Origin: an uncultured virus (IMG/VR IMGVR_UViG_3300008119_000025)
Taxonomy: Duplodnaviria > Heunggongvirae > Uroviricota > Caudoviricetes
Reading direction: 5' to 3' (one strand)
DNA: 20,000 bases
IMG/VR virus record: IMGVR_UViG_3300008119_000025
Positions 8,547 through 17,240 of the stretch are shown here, in pieces. The notes beneath the pieces are model-generated. The model was not told where the DNA came from. It did not search any database and saw nothing but the letters and a program-made list of their open reading frames with translations. The translations under genes were made by a program, and so were the position numbers. Every line of letters starts with the position of its first letter. The first letter of the stretch is position 1.

Positions 8547-8921
8547 TTAATAACCTTCTTCAATTGCTACTTGTAATTCTATTACTGGTCCTCCATCAGA
8601 CACTAACCATAACTCATCTTTAGTTAAGCAATATACATACTCAATTCCTATATCAAATGCATCTTCGAAAAGTGTTTCTATGTTAGGATACGTTTCGAAA
8701 TTTAAATCATCACCTCTATCTCTGCAAAAAGCTATTGTACCATCAGGAGTGGTCCCAAGTGAAGATATATTACCTAACTCAACCAATTCATTTAGTGATG
8801 TTGTGTTGTAATTGTCAATCAACATTCTACCATTACTTTCAATACCACCATCCCAATGGCAATAAATTGATGTTACTGTTCCGTTGTGATTTTCGATTGC
8901 TATTTTTGATCTTGTTGCCAT
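8547..8921 (-). CDS. phage hypothetical protein with IYCHWDG motif (124 aa)
   Basis: MATRSKIAI...SIYCHWDG...EYVY pattern, recalled from uncharacterised phage proteins. Confidence 0.75.
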   Translation of the reverse strand: MATRSKIAIENHNGTVTSIYCHWDGGIESNGRMLIDNYNTTSLNELVELGNISSLGTTPDGTIAFCRDRGDDLNFETYPNIETLFEDAFDIGIEYVYCLTKDELWLVSDGGPVIELQVAIEEGY

Positions 8922-8993
8922 AATTTTTGTTTTTAAATGTTTATCTTTATTTATACTGGAATATACGAATTATCTATCGGTAATAATCGTCCT

Positions 8994-9182
8994 TTATTCT
9001 TCATCATCTAAGATATCATCTATCTCTAATTCAACTACCTTTTGAAAGAATTCTATAATATCTGTTTTATCAAATCCTTCACCATGTAAATCTTCAGACA
9101 TTCTCATTAATATATTTCTTAATATATTTGTGTCTTTAATTGAAGTTAAACCACTAATTCGATCAAATGTTTCTTGTTTCAT
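8994..9182 (-). CDS. hypothetical protein (62 aa)
   Basis: Flanked by repeats; TAA directly followed by AGGAC. Confidence 0.75.
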   Translation of the reverse strand: MKQETFDRISGLTSIKDTNILRNILMRMSEDLHGEGFDKTDIIEFFQKVVELEIDDILDDEE

Positions 9183-9229
9183 AACCTTTATTTTTTAATT
9201 GCTCTTATTTATACCTGAATATACGAAAT

Positions 9230-9427
9230 TTAACTGTATTTTATTAGTCCTAATTCAATTAATTTATTAATTATCTCTACTGTGTCCTCTTTTTCTAAAC
9301 CTAACTCTAATCCAATTCCCTCTAAATATAAAGGAACCATTGGTTCTCCTATTTCGAATTGAGGATCGCTCGTTAATTGTTTAATAAATAAACCTATTTG
9401 AACACCATTTGCTGTAAAACTAAACAT
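9230..9427 (-). CDS. hypothetical protein (65 aa)
   Basis: Flanked by repeats. Confidence 0.7.
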   Translation of the reverse strand: MFSFTANGVQIGLFIKQLTSDPQFEIGEPMVPLYLEGIGLELGLEKEDTVEIINKLIELGLIKYS

Positions 9428-9488
9428 AACTTTTATTTTTTAAATTTATACTGGAATATACGAATGATTGATTAATTATCTTGGTCCT

Positions 9489-9629
9489 CTATTTAACTAC
9501 TTCAACTATAGCTTTATTTCCATATGGAAATTTTCTTATTTCTACAAATCCCAATTTTAAATCGGTAATACACTCTACTTTACCGTCTTTGATTTGTTTT
9601 TGAATTGTTTTAATTTTAACTATTTTCAT
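9489..9629 (-). CDS. small hypothetical protein (46 aa)
   Basis: Hand-translated MKIVKIKTIQ...; TAG directly followed by AGGAC. Confidence 0.7.
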   Translation of the reverse strand: MKIVKIKTIQKQIKDGKVECITDLKLGFVEIRKFPYGNKAIVEVVK

Positions 9630-9699
9630 AACCTTTATTTTTATTTATACTGGAATATACGAATTATCTATCGGTAATAATTGTCCTTTGATTAGTGTT

Positions 9700-9855
9700 T
9701 TAAAAATTATACCATCTAAAACTTTCACTATAACATTTACTACATCTGAAATCTCGTGCCCATTTTTGCAATGTAAAGTTATATGTTCTTGTTGTCACTT
9801 TACCACATCCATAGCATTGACATTTTTTCTTTTCGGTTACATGTTTTGCGCTCAT
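9700..9855 (-). CDS. small zinc-ribbon protein (51 aa)
   Basis: Hand-translated ...CQCYGCGK...FRCSKCYS...; two CxxC pairs; upstream repeat. Confidence 0.65.
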   Translation of the reverse strand: MSAKHVTEKKKCQCYGCGKVTTRTYNFTLQKWARDFRCSKCYSESFRWYNF

Positions 9856-9898
9856 AACTTTTATTTTTTTAATTATACTGAAATATACGAATTATTTG

Positions 9899-10183
9899 TT
9901 AATTATCTGAGTCCTGAGTAGAATAATTCCCATCAAATACTTTATATTCCCCCATTATAACATCACAAATAATATAACATAACATGTTTTTATTTTTATC
10001 ATAACATGGTACTCTATATGAACCATATTGACCTGATGTAAATAGACCTTGTTCAATATCAAATGTTGTTACATCAGGATATTTTACTTTAACATGACCA
10101 TTAAATAAAGTTGTTAGTGCTGTAGCAAATGATTTTTGGAATGAGTTATCAACTTCTGAAGATAATGTTAAATGAGTTTTCAT
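9899..10183 (-). CDS. hypothetical protein (94 aa)
   Basis: Flanked by repeats. Confidence 0.75.
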   Translation of the reverse strand: MKTHLTLSSEVDNSFQKSFATALTTLFNGHVKVKYPDVTTFDIEQGLFTSGQYGSYRVPCYDKNKNMLCYIICDVIMGEYKVFDGNYSTQDSDN

Positions 10184-10215
10184 GGCTTTTATTTTTATAG
10201 CTGGAATATACGAAC

Positions 10216-10242
10216 AAAAAATAGAGGCTCTATGGCCTCTAT
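10216..10242 (-). terminator. intrinsic terminator embedded in promoter spacer
   Basis: AATAGAGGC-CATAGA-GCCTCTATT followed by a T-run. Confidence 0.7.
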
Positions 10243-10285
10243 TGATTATTTTTTATTTTGATTTTTTAATTATGATATTAAATTA

Positions 10286-10738
10286 TTATTTCAATTCAGC
10301 TCTTATTATTATATAAACCTGAACAGCATCTTCAAATTTCCCTGGTGCAATTTTAGGGCTATAACTACTCAAATCAATCTGTTCATTTTTAAATCTATAA
10401 TTTCTAAAAATAAACTTATGCGTGTCTGAATTTGCACTTAATATATTGGCATAATTTTTCCCCATTTCAGATGTAACATCTTCAGGACTTGCATTATCTA
10501 ATTCTATCCTCAATGATGCTGTATTATCCTTAGCATTTTGTTTAAAATTTACTAAAGAACCAAATATACCATAACCCTCATTAAATACTCCTTCTGATAA
10601 GTCTCTGATTTCGTTTTTACTTAATCCACAAAAAAGTTTAGATTTCCAGTCATTAGTATCTGCACTAATTTTATCTGTTGAATTTTCTATAAGAAATTTT
10701 CTGAAAGCATCCAGGTGTTGTTTCATTTCTATACTCAT
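10286..10738 (-). CDS. hypothetical protein (150 aa)
   Basis: Long ORF; variant upstream repeat CCGTATATTTATAAC. Confidence 0.8.
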   Translation of the reverse strand: MSIEMKQHLDAFRKFLIENSTDKISADTNDWKSKLFCGLSKNEIRDLSEGVFNEGYGIFGSLVNFKQNAKDNTASLRIELDNASPEDVTSEMGKNYANILSANSDTHKFIFRNYRFKNEQIDLSSYSPKIAPGKFEDAVQVYIIIRAELK

Positions 10739-10783
10739 AATTTTATTTTTTTTATTTTTTCATTTGTTATAAATATACGGAAT

Positions 10784-10809
10784 AAAAATGGAGAACTATT
10801 GTCCTCCAT
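10784..10809 (-). terminator. intrinsic terminator embedded in promoter spacer
   Basis: ATGGAGGAC-AATA-GTTCTCCAT followed by a T-run. Confidence 0.65.
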
Positions 10810-10882
10810 CAAAAATCATTTTTGTAATTTCGTAAATGCTAGGTGCACCTACTTCTCCAAATTCAATGTAAATCTCTTCCAT
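10796..10882 (-). CDS. small hypothetical protein (28 aa)
   Basis: Hand-translated MEEIYIEFGE...GGQ; follows the upstream stop closely. Confidence 0.45.
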   Translation of the reverse strand: MEEIYIEFGEVGAPSIYEITKMIFDGGQ

Positions 10883-10885
10883 TTT

Positions 10886-11594
10886 TTATTTTATTTTAGT
10901 TGGTATTAGACATAATTCACTATCCGAATCGGTTTTAATCTCCCAATCATAATCATTTGATAACCAAAACCCTTTATCCGTATATTCTTCATATTTTCGT
11001 ATCCTGATAATATCTTTATCTCCATTCCTTATATCCCCACTAAAATTGGATACATTAACGGAACCGTCATCTTTTTTAAGATATTTTGATACAATTGGTA
11101 ATTGTTCTTTTGTACAAGCATCAAACATTATATTGATTTCTTCTTGTGATAATTCAATATAATCTTCTAAAGGATTTCTTCTTCCGAATTGTTCTAAAGT
11201 TTCTTTCCATGATGAACAAGCAACTGAATGAATTTCTTTTAATCCTTGTCTTGATAATTTTTGTTTTTCCATCTTAACTGTTAATTGAGATTCTTTTGAA
11301 AATTGTTCCCCACCTTTTATATGTTGTTGTGATTCCATATAATCAATATGTTTAATCATATCATCAATGTGGATTTCTGTTCCGAATGATGTATCACTAA
11401 AAACCACCCCCTTTTTAAAAACACCATAATGATAGAATTCATCACCATCTATCACAATCTGATTCATAAACCCAACCTTGACCATCTACATAAAATCTTA
11501 AACGGGGGTGGTGAATATCATACTCCACTTGTTCAAATTCAGTACCAACCATATTTTTATACCAACCTGATGATTCTAATATTTTAATTTTCAT
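10886..11594 (-). pseudogene. probable frameshifted gene (50-aa ORF 11442-11594 overlapping 199-aa ORF 10886-11485)
   Basis: The promoter-proximal ATG at 11594 stops at 11442; restoring one GT at ~11455 joins the frames (ESDC-VIDGDEF). Confidence 0.5.
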
Positions 11595-11652
11595 ATCTTT
11601 TATTTTTAATATGCTGGAATATACGAACTATCTATTGTTAATAAACGTCCCT

Positions 11653-11997
11653 TTAAATATAAAATGTATCGTCGTTAATCTCCATTGTATCTTCCTCTTC
11701 ATATGAATCCCAGTCATCTTTGATTTCCATTAAATCGTCAATATCCTCGTCTTTATACTCAGGAAGTAAACCCATTCTCTCAACTAATCTCCAAACACGT
11801 TCCTTATACATATCAACTGATGTCCCCTCAATTTCAGTGTAACCTTGCACTGTTAAATACGCCAATTGAGCCAATAAATCACTTGTTAAATGATCCATTT
11901 CCACTAAATCATAATTTTTTCCATCAAATTTAGATTTGATTACTGACCATTGTGCTTCAATTGTATTTGTTTTTACTACGTTTAATTCTTTTTTCAT
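11653..11997 (-). CDS. hypothetical protein with acidic C-terminus (114 aa)
   Basis: Start context and upstream repeat. Confidence 0.8.
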   Translation of the reverse strand: MKKELNVVKTNTIEAQWSVIKSKFDGKNYDLVEMDHLTSDLLAQLAYLTVQGYTEIEGTSVDMYKERVWRLVERMGLLPEYKDEDIDDLMEIKDDWDSYEEEDTMEINDDTFYI

Positions 11998-12018
11998 AAC
12001 TTTTATTTTTATTTTTAA

Positions 12019-12050
12019 TTAAAAGTAAAACCATTTCGTTTTACTTGCTT
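12019..12050 (-). repeat. 32-bp leader hairpin, copy 2
   Basis: Identical to 626-657. Confidence 0.85.
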
Positions 12051-12098
12051 CATACTGGAATATACGATCTTATTTTTGAATCTTGTTGTCCTCTTTTG

Positions 12099-12224
12099 AA
12101 TAAATTGAAGTGTTGGTGTGTTCCGACCGTATCATGGTATGCTAAGTTTTAGGCACTTAGAGTTGTAGTACTTGTCTACTAGCCATAGGAACACTTTAAC
12201 CACATACCAACACTTTAATTTATT
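12099..12224 (-). ncRNA. candidate multi-branch structured RNA
   Basis: Nested stems AAGTGTTGGT/ACCAACACTT, GTGTTCC/GGAACAC, ATGG/CCAT, plus hairpins TAGTA/TACTA and CTAAGT/ACTTAG; strand inferred from context only. Confidence 0.5.
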
Positions 12225-12381
12225 AACTCATTTTAATATCTTTCAATTCCTCTAATCTTATTATTTCAAACTTGTTGAGTTTCAACCATTCTAAAAATTC
12301 CAATGATGTCCATCGATCCGGATCTAATTCACCTAACGGTCCAAACTGATCAATAAACCCATCTAAATATACATTTTCCAT
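12223..12381 (-). CDS. small hypothetical protein (52 aa)
   Basis: Hand-translated MENVYLDGFIDQFG...; upstream repeat. Confidence 0.7.
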   Translation of the reverse strand: MENVYLDGFIDQFGPLGELDPDRWTSLEFLEWLKLNKFEIIRLEELKDIKMS

Positions 12382-12448
12382 AGTTTTGTTTTATCTTTAT
12401 TTATACGGGAATATACGATCTTATTTTTATTTATTTTGGTCCTTTAAT

Positions 12449-12697
12449 TTAGCTTTCATGTATAAAATCCATACTGTTAACCATATGATTTGGCACATCA
12501 AATATAGTTCCTACTGATGAATTATAGCATTTTATTTTCTCATATTCAGTTTCAACTACCTCAAAATAACTCACTCGCTCACCTACACTCACTAAACGTG
12601 CTTTAATAGTCGGTGATAAATTAGTATTAACTAAACAGCCAATATAATTTTCAGGATTATCAATTTTGTTAATCCGCTTTGTTATATTATGATTCAT
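12449..12697 (-). CDS. hypothetical protein (82 aa)
   Basis: ORF in an operon-like run. Confidence 0.7.
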   Translation of the reverse strand: MNHNITKRINKIDNPENYIGCLVNTNLSPTIKARLVSVGERVSYFEVVETEYEKIKCYNSSVGTIFDVPNHMVNSMDFIHES

Positions 12698-12703
12698 ATG
12701 TTT

Positions 12704-12808
12704 TTATCTTGATTGGTACCACTTATCTAATGCTTGTTGCTTCTGCTTACTATCCAGCTCATCAAATGACCTGCCAAATAACTTTTGTGAAATTTCATCT
12801 AAACTCAT
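12704..12808 (-). CDS. small hypothetical protein (34 aa)
   Basis: Hand-translated MSLDEISQKYFGRSFDEL...; fills the gap between genes. Confidence 0.55.
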   Translation of the reverse strand: MSLDEISQKLFGRSFDELDSKQKQQALDKWYQSR

Positions 12809-12814
12809 AGTCAA

Positions 12815-12931
12815 TTAGTTTAAGTAAATAATTCTATCAATGTATCTTAATTCACTGTATAGTGAATGTAGTATTTGGAATGCCATAAATTCATTTTTAA
12901 CAGTCACTCCACTAATTGTTTTTCCTATCAT
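12815..12931 (-). CDS. small hypothetical protein (38 aa; start revised to MIGKTIS)
   Basis: AAAGGTT-ATG at 12931. Confidence 0.6.
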   Translation of the reverse strand: MIGKTISGVTVKNEFMAFQILHSLYSELRYIDRIIYLN

Positions 12932-12944
12932 AACCTTTTTATTT

Positions 12945-13475
12945 TTAATCAATTTTATCTTCAGATAAAAATTCATTTGCTTTATCTTCCCACCCCCAAT
13001 CATGGCCTGTAATTAAATCTTCATCACATAAAAATGATTGGAAATTAACTAATTTATTTCTAACTATATCGGTAATAGTCGATCTTAAATATTCCTCTAA
13101 TAATATACCTACTGGATTGTCTTGTTGACCTAGGGATTGTAAGATGTCGTTTTTAATGTCTGTAACTGTTTTCATTTCTATCTTTTTTAAATTGTTTTTT
13201 ACTGGGAGTAATACAACTTCCTCCATTAATTGGGTTACATCTTCAGGTGTTAAATAACCTCTAACATCACCATTGGCAACGGGGTTATCATAGTCTAATT
13301 TGGATTCACTCATGTCCGGAGACTTATGCATTACTGCTAATTCATATAATCCATCTCTACCTCCATATGAATATGAATTTCTTATTACTGATACTCCGTA
13401 ATTATTATCGAATAACATAAATGCCCGGATACCATTAAAATCATCTGCTTCAAATTCTAAATCTTCAAATTTCAT
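12945..13475 (-). CDS. hypothetical protein (176 aa), possible fusion of two genes
   Basis: N-terminal FDNNYGVSVI...YGG..GLYELAV domain; internal Met at 13175 after an A-rich linker. Confidence 0.75.
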   Translation of the reverse strand: MKFEDLEFEADDFNGIRAFMLFDNNYGVSVIRNSYSYGGRDGLYELAVMHKSPDMSESKLDYDNPVANGDVRGYLTPEDVTQLMEEVVLLPVKNNLKKIEMKTVTDIKNDILQSLGQQDNPVGILLEEYLRSTITDIVRNKLVNFQSFLCDEDLITGHDWGWEDKANEFLSEDKID

Positions 13476-13518
13476 AACCTTTATTTTTAAATTTATACTT
13501 AAATATACGAAAGTTTGA

Positions 13519-13773
13519 TTAATTATCTTTGTCCTTGGTAATATACTTTCTAATTAACTTAAATATTTCTCCAATATCCGTTAATTCTAATTCTTTATCC
13601 GCTCTAACTGGTAAAAATGCAACTGTAAAGCCATGATTGGCTTCGAATGTTTCAGTTACTCGCTTACCATTAATTGAATTAATATAGATCCACGGATAAT
13701 TACCTGCAAGTTTAATATCAATTCCAATTCGGTTCATTCTATCTACAAATACTGTTAATTTATCTTGTTTCAT
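13519..13773 (-). CDS. hypothetical protein (84 aa)
   Basis: Flanked by repeats. Confidence 0.8.
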   Translation of the reverse strand: MKQDKLTVFVDRMNRIGIDIKLAGNYPWIYINSINGKRVTETFEANHGFTVAFLPVRADKELELTDIGEIFKLIRKYITKDKDN

Positions 13774-13833
13774 AACCTATTTTTATTTATACTGGAATAT
13801 ACGAATTCATCATTGATAGTCATTGTCCTTTAA

Positions 13834-14214
13834 CTAATCTTCGTATTCATCTGTAAAATGATCAAATTTTTCCGTTTCCATCCTCTTCTCCAATTGCTCC
13901 ATTTCATCATTTAATCGCCTGATAAATGATTCATCACCATCATCACCTGATAATAACCAATCAATACGTTGAGCATAAATTGCTGCTTTACGCAATATCC
14001 AGTATCCTTTTTTAAATTCCTCAATTACATCATCAGGGTATTGGTAGTGATTGCGATCTTCAGGGTACTTTTCATACCAGTCCTTGTCGCGCCATGATTC
14101 TGCTTTTATTTGTTGTGGTGATTTAGGTTTACCACTTTTAGCAATTTCATGATGTACGCTATCTGCAATATTACTTATATCATATTGCTTGTAATCAAAT
14201 CTTCCTCCGCTCAT
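13834..14214 (-). CDS. hypothetical protein (126 aa, MSGGxFDY...WLLSGDDG motif)
   Basis: Flanked by repeats; motif recalled from uncharacterised phage proteins. Confidence 0.8.
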   Translation of the reverse strand: MSGGRFDYKQYDISNIADSVHHEIAKSGKPKSPQQIKAESWRDKDWYEKYPEDRNHYQYPDDVIEEFKKGYWILRKAAIYAQRIDWLLSGDDGDESFIRRLNDEMEQLEKRMETEKFDHFTDEYED

Positions 14215-14262
14215 AACTTTTATTTTTAAATATGATTAAATATACGAATTCATCGGTAATAA

Positions 14263-14484
14263 TCATTGTCCCTTGTTGAAGGTTTTATTGTAATATTCTT
14301 CTCCATTCACCCAATATTCTGAAGCGAGTCCTTTAGGGCTAATTAATTTACTTCCGTGTGCTTCAATTATCTGTTGTTTTTCCATTTCCTTTGCTCGTTC
14401 AAATACCTTTTCATTCCATAAAGCAGCAACTAATCCTTTTTCTCTTATATTTTCAACCAACCATTCTACTGCTGTCTGTTTCAT
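14263..14484 (-). CDS. hypothetical protein, MKQTAVEWL family
   Basis: Paralog of 3290-3535; tail KGQ encoded by the repeat. Confidence 0.8.
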   Translation of the reverse strand: MKQTAVEWLVENIREKGLVAALWNEKVFERAKEMEKQQIIEAHGSKLISPKGLASEYWVNGEEYYNKTFNKGQ

Positions 14485-14486
14485 AA

Positions 14487-14717
14487 TTAAAATTTTTTAA
14501 ATATATCACTAAGTACCTCTAAATTTAATAATCCTATTTTCTGAGCACTTTGAAAACTAATATTCATTCTATTTCTTCTTTCTAAACCACCCATTCCATT
14601 ACATAACGTTAAAAGAATCTCTTGCTTATCAAAATCAAAATATATACCTGACACTCTTTTACCTTTAATATCGTAAGTTGGTAATGTGTTTCCTATATGT
14701 ACTTTTCCTGGTTTCAT
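14487..14717 (-). CDS. hypothetical protein (76 aa)
   Basis: Upstream variant repeat at ~14727-14742. Confidence 0.7.
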   Translation of the reverse strand: MKPGKVHIGNTLPTYDIKGKRVSGIYFDFDKQEILLTLCNGMGGLERRNRMNISFQSAQKIGLLNLEVLSDIFKKF

Positions 14718-14744
14718 ATTATTTTTATACTGGAATATATGGAT

Positions 14745-14772
14745 AAAAAATGTGGAGACCTAGGCCTCCACA
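14745..14772 (-). terminator. intrinsic terminator embedded in promoter spacer, overlapping the DUF932 stop
   Basis: TGTGGAGGC-CTAG-GTCTCCACA followed by a T-run. Confidence 0.7.
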
Positions 14773-15566
14773 AATTCACTTGCTACCGCATATAGGTGAG
14801 CATTTATTTTAATGTCTTGTTGGAAATTTTTCACTTTACGTGCCTTTCTAATTTTAGTTCCGGACATGTAGTTGAAATCACCACCCAATATTTTCTCTTG
14901 TATTCGGTTGAATACTGTAAATAAATCATTTGATCTATCTTCAGGGCGAATTGGTTCAAGCAGCGCATCTAAGTCGATATTAAGCGCATCTACTTCACTT
15001 TCATCGAAACGTGCGGTTAATGATCGTTTCGCTAAGTCTCGCGCCTGATCTTCGTTTAACTGCGTTGATTTCATTTTATTCATTGATTCAACTGTTAAAG
15101 GCAATTGCTCAATCATGAATTTGATTTTGTCTTGTAATTCCTCAAATGTATAATTCATATGACGAATTTTTAGTTTATCAAAATCCTGAGTTGATACAAC
15201 CATACCATTGCTACAGATGCATCGGAAAAGCCCGGATTGAAAAATAAATGAGCTAGAGCCATCATGGGAATTCGAGATCAGGATCTGAGGGTGAATTACA
15301 TCCCCATCTTCACCATTAATCACTAAGTCAGGGTTTCTGAAAATCAATAAGTGTTTTTGGAACCCAACACGCTTACGTGCCTTAATTTCTTTACATTCGG
15401 TAACGAAGAAATTCAACTTAGCCATATCCTCAATCACTTGTGATGTTGGGATGTGAGTGTACTTAGATGATAATGAATCAAATGCTGTTTTAGTGAAAAC
15501 AGATGGCGCTGAACGTTTAATTTCGTCTTGGCTTAAGAATTTTGTGTTGTCTAAATTTAAAAACAT
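14760..15566 (-). CDS. DUF932/DUF945-family protein (268 aa)
   Basis: APSVF, SxKYxHIPT, KHLLIFR, NSHDGSSSF, GLFRxxCSNG, IRH, RPED...LFTVFNRIQE motifs typical of this phage/plasmid family. Confidence 0.8.
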   Translation of the reverse strand: MFLNLDNTKFLSQDEIKRSAPSVFTKTAFDSLSSKYTHIPTSQVIEDMAKLNFFVTECKEIKARKRVGFQKHLLIFRNPDLVINGEDGDVIHPQILISNSHDGSSSFIFQSGLFRCICSNGMVVSTQDFDKLKIRHMNYTFEELQDKIKFMIEQLPLTVESMNKMKSTQLNEDQARDLAKRSLTARFDESEVDALNIDLDALLEPIRPEDRSNDLFTVFNRIQEKILGGDFNYMSGTKIRKARKVKNFQQDIKINAHLYAVASEFVEA

Positions 15567-15630
15567 AACCTTTATTTATTTAATTAATATGCTGGAATAT
15601 ACGAATTATCTATCGTTAATAAACGTCCTT

Positions 15631-15798
15631 TTACTCGTATTCTTTATTTAATTTATCTACCAATGCTGTAAATTCAGCATCCATCTGTAGTTCATCTACA
15701 CCTAATAATCCCATTTTATAACCAATTAAAAATGCTTTGTATAGGTCATCCGGGTGGTAATAAACGTCTGATTCGGATTGTATATTATCTATTTCCAT
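15631..15798 (-). CDS. small hypothetical protein (55 aa)
   Basis: Hand-translated MEIDNIQSESDV...; stop abuts AGGAC. Confidence 0.65.
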   Translation of the reverse strand: MEIDNIQSESDVYYHPDDLYKAFLIGYKMGLLGVDELQMDAEFTALVDKLNKEYE

Positions 15799-15811
15799 TT
15801 TATCTCAAAAA

Positions 15812-15994
15812 TTAAACTGTAAGTAACTGTTTTGGTTTGAGGCTTTTAATTGCCCACCCTGCATATCCCTCAGCATCATATCTTTCCAAACCAGCTTCAA
15901 CCATATCACTAGTTGAAAAACCATGTCGGTATGCCTCTTTTAATAGGGCGAAAATATCATCTTCAGTCAATATGTATTTTTTTTCTGTTTTCAT
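15812..15994 (-). CDS. hypothetical protein (60 aa)
   Basis: ATGA overlap with the upstream gene. Confidence 0.7.
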   Translation of the reverse strand: MKTEKKYILTEDDIFALLKEAYRHGFSTSDMVEAGLERYDAEGYAGWAIKSLKPKQLLTV

Positions 15995-16185
15995 AGTCTA
16001 TGTCTGATTTGTTTATTGTGTATAATACTATTGGAAACTTTAGTGGTTTCTACTAGTTTTCCTTTGGAATAAATATTAACTACTAGTTCATTATTAATAT
16101 AGCTAGTAACTAATGTGTAGTGTTTTAAATTGACTGTAGCTTCTATCTCGTTAATCGAAATTTCAACTGATTTATTTGTTTTCAT
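15991..16185 (-). CDS. hypothetical protein (64 aa)
   Basis: Start context and upstream repeat. Confidence 0.75.
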   Translation of the reverse strand: MKTNKSVEISINEIEATVNLKHYTLVTSYINNELVVNIYSKGKLVETTKVSNSIIHNKQIRHRL

Positions 16186-16253
16186 AACCTTTATTTTTAA
16201 TTGCTTTTATTATACCTGGAATATACGAATAGGTTATCGGTAATAGGCGTCCT

Positions 16254-16673
16254 CTACAACAGTCCTCCATCCTGACCTATTTGCAATAAATTAATTACTA
16301 AGTTAAGTAATTCTTCTGTTACTGTTATTGTTGTATTTTCATTTCCCTCAAACGCACCATCAATTGATTCTTGCTCTAATTTAGCTAATCCTCTTAGGAA
16401 TATTTCATTATCCCAACAGTCATATTCCCCAGTGTTTTTATCTTCAATTTTCAATGAAATCATTGATAATATCCCTAACTTTTGAGTAACTAAACCATCT
16501 AACTCCAGTAAATAATCTTCATCTTCATATGTTAATCGTTCTGTATGAGCCACGTTTCGTGACATGTATTCTAGATGATCAACAAATTTAAATTCATTTA
16601 CTGGTTTTTTTGCCGGTGCTAAATCTTCTCTAACATACCAAACTCCATTTATTTCTACTCTATCCATGATCAT
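16254..16673 (-). CDS. hypothetical protein (139 aa)
   Basis: INGVWYVRE N-terminal motif; TAG directly followed by AGGAC. Confidence 0.8.
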   Translation of the reverse strand: MIMDRVEINGVWYVREDLAPAKKPVNEFKFVDHLEYMSRNVAHTERLTYEDEDYLLELDGLVTQKLGILSMISLKIEDKNTGEYDCWDNEIFLRGLAKLEQESIDGAFEGNENTTITVTEELLNLVINLLQIGQDGGLL

Positions 16674-16677
16674 ATTT

Positions 16678-16851
16678 TTATAGGTTTAAATTTTTATAAC
16701 TGCTTACTAAGTTCATGAGGGAATGAGATAACATACATATCATTATTAATAACGATAACTTGTCTACAAATGGATCAAATATTGCTCGTGTAATCACCAC
16801 TGTCCATGCCATAGTGAATACTATATTGACTAAAAATAGCAATGTTTTCAT
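16678..16851 (-). CDS. small membrane protein (57 aa, two hydrophobic segments)
   Basis: Hand-translated MKTLLFLVNIVFTMAWTVVI... Confidence 0.6.
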   Translation of the reverse strand: MKTLLFLVNIVFTMAWTVVITRAIFDPFVDKLSLLIMICMLSHSLMNLVSSYKNLNL

Positions 16852-16857
16852 AACGTT

Positions 16858-17202
16858 TTATTTTGTAAATTGATTTAAAGTAGTTGAATATGTTCTTTTC
16901 AACTGAGAATACATTGTAATAATTTGAACCTTGTCTTTAGGATGAACTGTATGAACGTATCTAATTAGTTGATCAACATCATATAAACTATCGTTTATTT
17001 GCTGTATGCACAATTCATTGGTGCGATCACCTTTATATAACTCCACTTCATAGTGAGTGAAAATAGCGATTGGAATTTGTTTATGGAATATAGTATCATT
17101 TTGATTACCCCATTCTGCCATTTCAGTTTTAGTTAAAATGTTTTTATCTACTGCACAGCTTCCTACTGTAAGTGACAATGCTAAAGCGATTAATTTTTTC
17201 AT
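16858..17202 (-). CDS. putative lipoprotein (114 aa)
   Basis: MKKLIALALSLTVGSC signal with lipobox Cys. Confidence 0.75.
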   Translation of the reverse strand: MKKLIALALSLTVGSCAVDKNILTKTEMAEWGNQNDTIFHKQIPIAIFTHYEVELYKGDRTNELCIQQINDSLYDVDQLIRYVHTVHPKDKVQIITMYSQLKRTYSTTLNQFTK

Positions 17203-17240
17203 ATTTGTTTTTATTTATACTGGAATATACGATTTTATCG

